DNA of 64,000 nucleotides from an uncultured Sangeribacter sp. Lineage in GTDB: Bacteria > Bacteroidota > Bacteroidia > Bacteroidales > Muribaculaceae. The stretch covers positions 160 through 64,159 of the forward strand of contig CAZRUR010000004.1 in the NCBI GenBank assembly GCA_964603335.1. The letters are read 5' to 3'. The notes under the pieces were generated by a model. It saw only the letters and a list, made by a program, of their open reading frames with translations. It searched no databases and was not told the origin of the DNA. The position numbers were made by a program, and so were the translations under genes. Below, in pieces: positions 16,820 through 25,758 of the stretch (position 1 is the first letter of the stretch; each line of letters starts with the position of its first letter).

Positions 16820-18373
16820 ATGGCTAAAAAACCAGAATATAGACAGGAAATGACCGACCCTACGGGGAAGCTGCCACCACGCGACACCGACATCGAGGAG
16901 GTGGTGCTTGGCGCATGTATGCTTGAGAAAGACGCGTATATGAACGTCTGCGACATACTAATCCCGGAGAGCTTCTACGACCCTGTCAACCAAAAGATTT
17001 ACCAGGCAATCTCCACGCTTGGCTTCAACCAGCGTCCTATCGACATGATGACCGTGACGGAACAGCTCCGCCAGGATGGCACCATCGATGAGGTGGGAGG
17101 CCCCGTGCACATCGCCGAACTTACCTCCCGCGTATATTCGGCTGCCAATGTGGAGTATCACGCACGAATCATAGCGCAGAAATATCTTGCACGCCGACTT
17201 ATAAGCTATGCCTCCGAAATCGAGACAAAGGCTTTCGACGAGAGCAACGACGTGGAAGACCTTCTGCAGGAAGCCGAGGGACAACTCTTCGACATCTCCC
17301 AGACTCAGCTCAAACGGGAGGTGACGCAGATTGACCCTGTCATAAACCTTGCCCTTGAGCAAATTCAAAACGCCGCAAACAATGAGAGCGGTCTTTCCGG
17401 ACTGCCCACCGGCTACAACGACCTCGACCGCATGACTTCCGGTTGGCAAAATTCCGACCTCATCATCATCGCCGCACGTCCGGCCATGGGTAAGACCGCT
17501 TTTGTGCTCTCCATGGCGAAGAATATGGCGATTGATTTCGAGATTCCTGTGGCTATCTTTACCCTTGAGATGGCAAACGTGCAGCTCGTGAAACGTCTGC
17601 TCAGTAATGTTGCTGACCTTGAGGGCGAGAAAATCAAAAGCGGGCAACTGTCGCCTGAAGAGTGGGACCGTCTCAACTCCAGGCTAAGGGGAGTCTACAG
17701 CGCGCCACTCTATCTTGACGAGACGCCAGGCCTGTCAATCACAGAGTTGAGGACAAAGGCACGCCGTCTTGTCAGGGAGAAAGGGGTGAAGCTAATCATG
17801 ATTGACTACCTCCAGCTTATGAATGCCACCGGCATGAAACTTGGCAGCCGAGAGCAGGAGGTCAGCACCATCTCACGCTCGCTGAAGGCTCTCGCCAAAG
17901 AGCTCAACATACCGATTATAGCTCTCTCGCAGCTTAACCGAAGCACTGAGACCCGCGACGACAAGCGCCCCGTGCTTTCCGACCTCCGCGAGTCGGGAGC
18001 CATAGAGCAGGATGCCGATATCGTCTGCTTCATCCATCGCCCGGAATATTACACCAAGAGCACAGAGGATGCCGAGGGGCATGACATACGCGGACTGGCG
18101 CAATTGATTGTGGCAAAGCACCGTTCTGGTGCCGTTGGCGATGTGAAACTGAGGTTTGTCAACAAGTATGCAAAGTTTGAGAATTGGGACGAGGGCTTCA
18201 ATATTGTGCAGGATGCCATCTCAGAGGCTCCCATGAAACTGTCGTCAAAGATGAACTCGAAGATGAACGATGAGTCACCAGCGCCCTCTCCATTCAATTT
18301 CGGCGGTCCGGCTTCTGCAAGCCCTATGCCCGACATCATGCCCGGACCCGGCGACCAAACCGTACCTTTCTAA
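16820..18373 (+). CDS. dnaB: Replicative DNA helicase
   Basis: AARPAMGKT, IDYLQL, SQLNR, DLRESGAIEQDAD, AKHRSG. Confidence 0.97.
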   Translation: MAKKPEYRQEMTDPTGKLPPRDTDIEEVVLGACMLEKDAYMNVCDILIPESFYDPVNQKIYQAISTLGFNQRPIDMMTVTEQLRQDGTIDEVGGPVHIAELTSRVYSAANVEYHARIIAQKYLARRLISYASEIETKAFDESNDVEDLLQEAEGQLFDISQTQLKREVTQIDPVINLALEQIQNAANNESGLSGLPTGYNDLDRMTSGWQNSDLIIIAARPAMGKTAFVLSMAKNMAIDFEIPVAIFTLEMANVQLVKRLLSNVADLEGEKIKSGQLSPEEWDRLNSRLRGVYSAPLYLDETPGLSITELRTKARRLVREKGVKLIMIDYLQLMNATGMKLGSREQEVSTISRSLKALAKELNIPIIALSQLNRSTETRDDKRPVLSDLRESGAIEQDADIVCFIHRPEYYTKSTEDAEGHDIRGLAQLIVAKHRSGAVGDVKLRFVNKYAKFENWDEGFNIVQDAISEAPMKLSSKMNSKMNDESPAPSPFNFGGPASASPMPDIMPGPGDQTVPF

Positions 18374-18427
18374 TAACGAGAAATGCTTTGTTCTTTTGTC
18401 ACGCTTTTGTTCTTTTGTTTGACAAAT

Positions 18428-18460
18428 TGTGAACCGAAGTGGCAACTTGCTTGTTCTATA
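18428..18460 (+). promoter_or_regulatory. Putative ECF-sigma promoter
   Basis: TGTGAACC-N16-TGTT; the same motif and spacing occur on the minus strand at 37357-37384. Confidence 0.45.
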
Positions 18461-18483
18461 ATCAAACATTAAAAATCTAGGTT

Positions 18484-18705
18484 ATGGAGAGCATGGAAAA
18501 AATCAAACAGGGAAACGAAGCGGTCAACGCCGACATGATTGCCAACTCAATGAAAGCGGAAGGTCGCTTGCGTCATCGCGAGAACACTCGTAAAATCAAC
18601 CGTCTCTGGCTCTGGCTCGGAGTGCTTGTGTTGATTGCAATTTTGTTATACTGGCTCTTCAGCATCGGAATCTTCAAGGTACTTTCCGGAGTGTCGAACG
18701 GATAA
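18484..18705 (+). CDS. Small single-TM membrane protein
   Basis: 73 aa; basic stretch followed by hydrophobic LWLWLGVLVLIAILLYWLF. Confidence 0.65.
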   Translation: MESMEKIKQGNEAVNADMIANSMKAEGRLRHRENTRKINRLWLWLGVLVLIAILLYWLFSIGIFKVLSGVSNG

Positions 18706-18715
18706 ACAATCTGGC

Positions 18716-18804
18716 GTTCCGGTTCCATCCCCTACGCTGAACATACACCCGGCCATTCATAGTCCTTATCAAAGGGCTCAATATAATGTTGAGAGACCGG
18801 AATC
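18716..18804 (+). ncRNA. Putative compact 6S-like RNA
   Basis: Closing stem TTCCGGT/ACCGGAA, central bubble CCCCTACG opposite ATATAATGTT, TGAAC/GCTCA inner stem, CATAGTCC...AAGGG. Resembles Bacteroidota 6S RNAs from memory; followed by a terminator. Confidence 0.5.
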
Positions 18805-18836
18805 AAGCCTCCGAACCACACTTCGGGGGCTTTTTT
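18805..18836 (+). terminator. Intrinsic terminator
   Basis: AAGCCTCCGAA-ccacac-TTCGGGGGC-TTTTTT. Confidence 0.75.
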
Positions 18837-18889
18837 CGTCGTCTATGATGTATTGTAGTGTGTTCAGACCAAAGGTCTGAAGCTTATGC

Positions 18890-18931
18890 AAAAACAATGA
18901 ATGCAGGAAAAATCCCTGCATTCGTCGTTTT
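18890..18931 (-). terminator. Terminator downstream of rpmH
   Basis: GAATGCAGG...CCTGCATTC hairpin flanked by A and T runs. Confidence 0.65.
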
Positions 18932-18955
18932 AGTCTTCGATATTTCCTTTTCGGA

Positions 18956-19111
18956 TTACTTGCCGGCGATGTGATCTGATACTGTCAGAGATGCGCGACC
19001 TTTGGCGCGACGACGGGACAATACTTTGCGGCCATCTTTTGTGGCCATTCTCTCACGGAAGCCGTGTTTGTTGACTCTTCTACGGTTGGAAGGCTGGAAT
19101 GTTCTTTTCAT
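18956..19111 (-). CDS. rpmH: 50S ribosomal protein L34
   Basis: Manual translation [51 protein letters not shown]. Confidence 0.95.
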   Translation of the reverse strand: MKRTFQPSNRRRVNKHGFRERMATKDGRKVLSRRRAKGRASLTVSDHIAGK

Positions 19112-19213
19112 TGTATATTGATGTTTAATTTTCCTATTTCGGAGTGCAAAATTAGAAAATATCTTTGATTTTCACAAATTTCATCATAATTTTTTCTCGC
19201 TTTCAACAAATTG

Positions 19214-19864
19214 TCACGCCAATCCGTTGCCCGCCTTAATCACATCTATCACTATCGGACGCAGTCCATTGACAAAACATTCCACTGCTATCACCATGAG
19301 TATCAACCCCATAAGACGCATCATCACGTTGTTTCCAGTCTCGCCAAGCACTTTCACCAGCCTTGACGATGCCCGTAAGATTACGTAGGAGAGGGCGTAG
19401 ATAAAAGTTATCGAGACGATCAGGATCACCTTCTTTGTCCAAGAGTCGGCACTGTCCATAAGCATGATGCCGTTGGCAATCGCGCCAGGGCCGCAAAGCA
19501 TCGGGATGGCAAGCGGCGTGATGGAGATGTCTTTGGCATACACCTTCATCTCATCGTCGGTGAGCTTCACATGCGAATATCGTGCCTGCAGCATGTCATA
19601 GCCGATTTTCATTATGATGACGCCGGCTGCCACACGGAAACCGTTAGCTGAGATGCCGAAGATGGTGAAGAGCACCTGTCCGCAAATCGTGAAGCCTATG
19701 AGGATGCAGAAAGAGATGATGATTGCGCGCTTTACAATGTTGGCACGCTCCCGGGCATTGATGTTCTGCGTCATAGACAGAAACACTGGCATTGTGCCCA
19801 GAGGGTTCGTTAGTGTGAAGAACGATGTCAGGCACACAAACGCATAAGGTAGATAAGATTCCAT
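19214..19864 (-). CDS. MarC family membrane protein
   Basis: NPLGTMPVF, TPLAIPMLCGPGAI, RLMGLIL. Confidence 0.9.
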   Translation of the reverse strand: MESYLPYAFVCLTSFFTLTNPLGTMPVFLSMTQNINARERANIVKRAIIISFCILIGFTICGQVLFTIFGISANGFRVAAGVIIMKIGYDMLQARYSHVKLTDDEMKVYAKDISITPLAIPMLCGPGAIANGIMLMDSADSWTKKVILIVSITFIYALSYVILRASSRLVKVLGETGNNVMMRLMGLILMVIAVECFVNGLRPIVIDVIKAGNGLA

Positions 19865-19968
19865 GGTTGTCAGTTGTCAGTTGTAGCGACAAAATTACAC
19901 AATTGCCGCCACATATGAAATAAAAAACTGCATATTTTTTATGCAAAATTTATAATCTGCACTTATCT

Positions 19969-19999
19969 TTTGCTTTATCGCGGATTTTTTATAATTTTG
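19969..19999 (+). promoter_or_regulatory. efp promoter
   Basis: TTTG-19 nt-TAATTTTG. Confidence 0.65.
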
Positions 20000-20068
20000 C
20001 ATCCGGAATGAGCCAACACTCTGTGGCTTTTCCTAAACATACGACAATAACAATAGTTTTTTAGCAAT

Positions 20069-20635
20069 ATGATTAACGCTCAAGACATCAAAAACGGCAC
20101 TTGCATCCGTATGGATGGCCGTCTCTATTTCGTTGTGGAGTTTCTCCATGTAAAACCCGGCAAGGGCAACACTTTCATGCGCACAAAACTCAAAGACGTT
20201 GTCGACGGCCGCGTTTTGGAGCGCCGCTTCAACATCGGTGAGAAGCTCGAGGACGTTCGCGTTGAGCGCCGCCCTTACCAGTATCTCTACGCCGATGGTG
20301 GCGACGATATTTTCATGAACCAAGAGACCTACGACCAGGTGCCTATCAACAAGGAGCTCGTGACTGGTGCTGACTATATGAAAGAGGGTGACACTGTGGA
20401 AGTTGTAAGCGACGCCTCAACCGACACCGTGCTCTATGCCGAGATGCCGGTAAAGGCTGTGCTCAAGATCACATACACTGAGCCGGGTCTCAAAGGCGAC
20501 ACTGCCACCAACACTCTCAAGCCAGCCACCGTAGAGACTGGCGCCACAGTGCGTGTGCCTCTCTTCATCAACGAGGGTGAGCTCATCGAGGTCGACACCC
20601 GCACTGGTGAGTATGTAGGCCGCGTAAAGGCTTAA
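20069..20635 (+). CDS. efp: Elongation factor P
   Basis: HVKPGKG; PGLKGDT; VPLFI.EG. Confidence 0.96.
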   Translation: MINAQDIKNGTCIRMDGRLYFVVEFLHVKPGKGNTFMRTKLKDVVDGRVLERRFNIGEKLEDVRVERRPYQYLYADGGDDIFMNQETYDQVPINKELVTGADYMKEGDTVEVVSDASTDTVLYAEMPVKAVLKITYTEPGLKGDTATNTLKPATVETGATVRVPLFINEGELIEVDTRTGEYVGRVKA

Positions 20636-20650
20636 GCATCCAGCAACGTT

Positions 20651-21655
20651 ATGGCTGCCCCTACCCTTTTCTCCATCATTGCGCCGGTCTACAATCGTCC
20701 CGGCGAAGTGGCGGAACTGCTTGACAGTCTTTCACAACAGACCGACCGAGAATTCGAGACGGTGATTGTGGAAGATGGCTCCACGGTGAGGTGCGAGGAG
20801 CAGTGTGAGGCTTTCAAGGGGGAAGCCAACGTAAAATATTTCTACAAGGGTAACGAGGGGCGAAGCATCGCCCGCAATTACGGCATGGACAGAGCCGACG
20901 GAGATTTCTTTGTCTTCGTCGACTCTGACTGCATTTTGCCCCCCGACTATATCGCGTCGCTACGAAAGTCGCTCGCCGACAACCCTACCGACTGCTTCGG
21001 CGGACCAGATGCTGCCCACGAGTCTTTCACCGACACCCAGAAGGCCATCAACTATTCCATGACCTCATTCCTCACCACCGGCGGAATACGTGGCGGCAAA
21101 GTCAGCATGGAGAAGTTTACCCCACGCACTTTCAACATGGGGTTCTCGCGAGAGGTATATAATAAGGTGGGCGGTTTTCGCGAGATGTTTAGCGAGGACA
21201 TCGACATGAGCACACGCATTCGCCTTGCCGGCTTCAAGATTGTGCTTTATCCGGATGTAGAGGTGTTTCATAAGCGTCGCGTCGACTTCAAGAAATTCTG
21301 GCGGCAGGTGCACGTGTTCGGCATGTCGCGAATCACCCTGCAGCTCCTCTATCCCGGCTCCATGAAACTCGTCCATTGGCTTCCGGCGGTGTTCGTAATC
21401 GGCGCGGTGGTGATGATTATCGGGGCGTTCTTCTGGAAATGGATGCTTCTCCCACTCCTTATATATATACTGGCACTCTGGATCTGGGGAATGATCTCCA
21501 CCCGCAGCGTCAAGATAGGTACCCTCGGAGTTGGGGCAGCAATGGTGCAGCTTACGGGCTATGGCACCGGTTTCATCCAGGCGTATGTATGGAAAATATT
21601 GCTCGGTCACGGTCGCGACATCAACGACGAGATTGAGCGCAGAAGGGGAAAATGA
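20651..21655 (+). CDS. Family 2 glycosyltransferase with C-terminal TM helices
   Basis: IAPVYNR, VEDGS, FVDSD, SEDID. Confidence 0.9.
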   Translation: MAAPTLFSIIAPVYNRPGEVAELLDSLSQQTDREFETVIVEDGSTVRCEEQCEAFKGEANVKYFYKGNEGRSIARNYGMDRADGDFFVFVDSDCILPPDYIASLRKSLADNPTDCFGGPDAAHESFTDTQKAINYSMTSFLTTGGIRGGKVSMEKFTPRTFNMGFSREVYNKVGGFREMFSEDIDMSTRIRLAGFKIVLYPDVEVFHKRRVDFKKFWRQVHVFGMSRITLQLLYPGSMKLVHWLPAVFVIGAVVMIIGAFFWKWMLLPLLIYILALWIWGMISTRSVKIGTLGVGAAMVQLTGYGTGFIQAYVWKILLGHGRDINDEIERRRGK

Positions 21656-22374
21656 TGGAGCCATATGAGGAATTAGAGAATACGGTCAGTTCGCTGACCG
21701 TCAAAGACCTACCCACGGAGGATCAACCTCGTGAGAAGGCGGAGAGGTATGGATGTGGGGTGCTTTCCACCCCTGACCTGTGGGCACTCATCCTGCGCAC
21801 CGGCACTCCCGGAAATCCCATCACAAAACTCTGCCGCGACATAATGGGCGAGAACAACAACTCCCTGCACACCCTCGAACGTCGCACCCGTCAGGAACTC
21901 AGAAACATTAAGGGGATAGGCACCACGAAAAGCATTCAGGTAGAGGCGGTGATGGAACTTATCAAGCGTTATTGCCATGAGGAGATTCCGGAGGAGGAGT
22001 GCATCGCAAGCTCGCAACAGATCTACAATTATATGCGCCATGAGATTGGCAACCGCGACCACGAGGAGGTGTGGATTATGCTGCTCAACCGCCGCAACCA
22101 GATCAAGAAAAGAGTGTGCCTGACGAAGGGCACCGGTGTGGCGTCGCTTTTCGACGTAAAAGCCGCCATCAAACAGGCGATAATAAATAATGCTGAAGGA
22201 GTGATCCTATGCCATAACCATCCATCCGGCAACAAAATCCCCAGCACCGAAGACGACAACATCACCCGTGAGCTCAAAAGGGCATGCGACCTGCTACACC
22301 TCCGCATGCTCGACCACCTGATCGTAACCGCCAACGGCTACTACAGTTACCACGACAACGCCCGCCTCCTCTAA
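21652..22374 (+). CDS. radC: RadC/JAB-domain protein
   Basis: QPREK, LILRTG, HNHPSG...S.ED, LDHLI. Confidence 0.92.
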   Translation: MMEPYEELENTVSSLTVKDLPTEDQPREKAERYGCGVLSTPDLWALILRTGTPGNPITKLCRDIMGENNNSLHTLERRTRQELRNIKGIGTTKSIQVEAVMELIKRYCHEEIPEEECIASSQQIYNYMRHEIGNRDHEEVWIMLLNRRNQIKKRVCLTKGTGVASLFDVKAAIKQAIINNAEGVILCHNHPSGNKIPSTEDDNITRELKRACDLLHLRMLDHLIVTANGYYSYHDNARLL

Positions 22375-22458
22375 TCAATATTTTATTAAACTAAGGATTA
22401 TTCCTATTTGTTAGATTGGGAATTTTTCGTTATTTTTGCAGCCTGTAAAAGACAAATT

Positions 22459-23516
22459 ATGAAACCTGGATTATTCGCGCAAGACCACAATAACAGCAGC
22501 AGAGATTATACTGATCCATATTTCTGGGGTAAAAACCAATTCAACAGTTCATTCCCGGCTTCACTTGTTGCATATATGAGCAGCAAGAATATTAAACCCG
22601 TTTATCTGAAGACGAATAAGCAGAATGCTGTGGTTCATTCTGAAATTTCTGGTAAGGATCTTTTTGGAATAAATCCTCTTTCTGACAATGCTTTCTACAT
22701 GTTTGAAAGTGGGTTTCCTGCCTATGACAAGTTCTATACGGGAGATAGGGAAAAATTGATTTGGTAATGATTGATTCATCTACCAATGCTCCTTTGATTG
22801 GCTTAGAAATAAAATTAACTGCCGTACCAGACAATACTACCAAATCAAAGAGTGAAGATAAATACGGCTGTGAAATAGTTGTGAGACCTCCAACAATTAA
22901 CTTTATAGCATACTCAATCTGCAATGCATTCGGCGGCAATAAAGGTAAAAGCAAACTTAAGGAATTATTAGGAGACATTCATATTAACCATTGGGAAGAG
23001 ATTCATGAGGTTCTTCCCCGATATGGTGAAATAAGAGATGCAATAATGCGCGTGTCTTCATATCTGAGTAATAAGCAGACACCAATAATTATCAATGCAA
23101 TCTGGAAAACTGTTGATGGCAGGCCGAAACTTGCAGATGATTGTCTTGATGTGTTTGTATGGAGCAATCTTGCAGTAATTCAAATGTTCAATAAAGACGA
23201 AAAAAATCCCAAGACCATTTCACGTTATATGCGTTCAATGATATGGCTATATCTTATGCTCTTTGAATATAGTGTCTATAATCAATTCGACTATATGCGA
23301 ATTGTAAGACTCCATTCTTATAACACAGGTAATGACAAAGCCTTTGCCATGAGCGGAATCCAGACACATAAATTCCTTGCTGGCAATGTATTGACACATC
23401 CAAGAATTCCCAAGACTGCCATTAAAGAGATTATTTTGGGAGGAGGTCAGAATCTCCTTAGTCCGGAACGAAGGTTTGATGCAGTTATTGTTAATAGTCC
23501 TGATTTGTTTGACTAA
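22459..23516 (+). pseudogene. HindVP-family type II restriction endonuclease split by a 1-bp frameshift
   Basis: WGKNQFNSSFPASL N-terminus; LEIKLTAVPD...GCEIVVRP; GGGQNLLSPERRFDA C-terminus. One extra A in the A5 run at 22751-22755 joins the two ORFs as ...GDREKIDLVMID... Confidence 0.75.
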
Positions 23517-24412
23517 TGAGAGTAGTTGATTTATTTTGTGGCTGCGGTGGACTTTCTTTAGGCTTCCAAAAAGCCGGGATAGATGTGGTTGCTGGATATG
23601 ACAATTGGAATCCGGCAATTGCAACACATAAGTATAATTTCACGAATCCGGTACATAAAATTGACCTTTTTGATGTTGAGTCTTCCGTTGAACATATAAA
23701 ACAATATTCCCCCGATATGATTATTGGAGGCCCTCCATGTCAGGATTTCAGTAGTGCTGGCCTTAGGAATGAAGACAATGGAAGAGGAGACCTCACTATA
23801 TCTTATGCTAATATTGTATCTGCAATTAAGCCAAATTGGTTTTTGATGGAAAATGTTTCCACTATAACTAAAACACGTAAATTGGCAGTCGCAAAAAGCA
23901 TATTTAAAGATGCAGGTTATGGTCTTACTCAGATAGTGCTTGATGCTTCATTGTGCGGTGTACCTCAAAAAAGAAAACGATTCTTTTTAATTGGACATTT
24001 AGGTGATACAAATGATTTCATGTCTGATTTTATAGTCAAAAGACTGTCTTCAAAGCCTATGTCCGTAAAAGATTATTTCGGAGATAGCATTGATATAGAA
24101 TATTATTACAGACATCCTCGAAGTTATGCACGACGTGGCGTTTTCAGTGTCAACGAACCAAGTCCAACTATCAGAGGTGTAAATAGGCCAATACCATCCG
24201 GATACAAATTGCATCCTAACGACCCTGTGGATAGTCTTGATGGGGTAAGACCTTTGACCACTCATGAAAGAAGCATGATACAAACGTTTCCGGAAGATTT
24301 TATTTTTTGCGGAACACGTAGCGAGATAGAACAGATGATAGGTAATGCCGTGCCAGTTAATTTAGGATCTTTCGTTGCCAAATGCATACAAGATTACATC
24401 CACAGTAAATGA
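23516..24412 (+). CDS. DNA (cytosine-5)-methyltransferase of the R-M pair
   Basis: DLFCGCGG, GGPPCQDFS, MENV, PQKRKR, QTFP, IGNAVP; AT-rich. Confidence 0.95.
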   Translation: MRVVDLFCGCGGLSLGFQKAGIDVVAGYDNWNPAIATHKYNFTNPVHKIDLFDVESSVEHIKQYSPDMIIGGPPCQDFSSAGLRNEDNGRGDLTISYANIVSAIKPNWFLMENVSTITKTRKLAVAKSIFKDAGYGLTQIVLDASLCGVPQKRKRFFLIGHLGDTNDFMSDFIVKRLSSKPMSVKDYFGDSIDIEYYYRHPRSYARRGVFSVNEPSPTIRGVNRPIPSGYKLHPNDPVDSLDGVRPLTTHERSMIQTFPEDFIFCGTRSEIEQMIGNAVPVNLGSFVAKCIQDYIHSK

Positions 24413-24528
24413 TTGCATTTTACAATAGATGAAGCCATAAAAAAATGGGTTGCATTCTATGGTTCAAGAACTGAGTCAGATAGCACTCTTCTAACAGCCC
24501 ATTTCATAAAATTTTATGGAATAATCTT

Positions 24529-25746
24529 CTAATTTGCGAGGCGGCGGTAGAGGGAATCTGTGTTAGCTGAAATGTCTTCGAGGATGCCTTCAAGGGGGAT
24601 TTGGTCATTATGCCATAACCCGTTGAGGATTTTATAGAAAAGGATGCGGCGGCATCGGTCGTTGACAACATCAATATCCATCTCCCCAGATATCACCAAG
24701 CGCAACACTTCCCCTATCTCGTTGGCTGTCTCTGCCGGCGACACCACTATGTCGGCTCCAGCAAGTATCGCCGCTGCAGCATCATGTGTCCCTACTCCTT
24801 TCATATTAAGGGCATCGGTCAACACCAATCCCTTGAAACTTAGCTCTTCACGCAACAGATCCCCTATCACGACCCGCGACACCGCCGCCGGAAGCGACTG
24901 GGGATCTATTGCAGGGACTGCAAGATGACCAACCATAACCCCTGTGAGTCCGGCATCTACATAACTCTTAAACGGATAAAGATCAATGCTGTCAAGCTGA
25001 TGTAATGACTTATAAATCACTGGTAACTCCCTATGGCTGTCACCCTTAGGACTTCCATGTCCGGGAAAATGCTTCGCCACACTGATTACCCTGCCCGACT
25101 CAAGTCCACGGGCATATGCCACCCCCAAGTCTGCAACCCTCTCCGGGTCATTCCCAAATGAGCGGCTTCCTATCACTCCTTTCGGATTCTCAACCACATC
25201 TATCACAGGGCCCAGCACCATATTGATGCCTATCCGGCGACACTCTCGCGCCACTTCCCTGCCATAGTCGTAAAGCAACTCCTCATCGGCATGTGGGTTC
25301 AACCTGCCGTTACGTGGAAAATCCGGAGCATCCTTCAGCCGCATCCCCAAACCCCATTCCGCATCTATCGACATGAAGAGAGGCACCTCCGCAGATGCCC
25401 CGACTTTAGACATCTTTGCCGCCGAACTTACATTCCCCCTCAACAATACCACTCCCCCTACATGAAGGTCGGAGATATACTGGCGTAACTTGCGCATGGT
25501 GGCATTATCGGCACTTGCATAGATCGACGGCATAAAACATTGGCCGACTCTCTGCTCGAGAGTCATGCCCTCAAGCACAGAGTCGGCCATTGCCATTATC
25601 CTTGCGGTAATATCAGTGTCCGAAACCTCTACACTGTCTATTATTATCTTATTTGAATCCTCCGGATGAGTCTCACCTCCATGGCTGCTACAGCCACAAA
25701 AAACTGCAGCCATTAGAATCGGGAAGATGAGGAGGAGTCGCACCAT
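24529..25746 (-). CDS. GH3 beta-N-acetylhexosaminidase-like (NagZ-type) lipoprotein
   Basis: SIDAEWG, RSFG, KHFPGHG....DSH, TDALNM; lipobox FCGC. Confidence 0.85.
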   Translation of the reverse strand: MVRLLLIFPILMAAVFCGCSSHGGETHPEDSNKIIIDSVEVSDTDITARIMAMADSVLEGMTLEQRVGQCFMPSIYASADNATMRKLRQYISDLHVGGVVLLRGNVSSAAKMSKVGASAEVPLFMSIDAEWGLGMRLKDAPDFPRNGRLNPHADEELLYDYGREVARECRRIGINMVLGPVIDVVENPKGVIGSRSFGNDPERVADLGVAYARGLESGRVISVAKHFPGHGSPKGDSHRELPVIYKSLHQLDSIDLYPFKSYVDAGLTGVMVGHLAVPAIDPQSLPAAVSRVVIGDLLREELSFKGLVLTDALNMKGVGTHDAAAAILAGADIVVSPAETANEIGEVLRLVISGEMDIDVVNDRCRRILFYKILNGLWHNDQIPLEGILEDISANTDSLYRRLAN

Positions 25747-25758
25747 GTGTATCTTGAT

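Noticed and set aside
22745-22760. Programmed -1 ribosomal frameshift in the endonuclease
   Set aside because: In-frame codons AGG GAA AAA do not form a canonical X XXY YYZ heptamer, and no stimulatory structure is evident
24430-24520. Imperfect long hairpin after the methyltransferase
   Set aside because: Only short arms (AAATGGGTTG/CAGCCCATTT); cannot be told apart from a terminator between convergent genes
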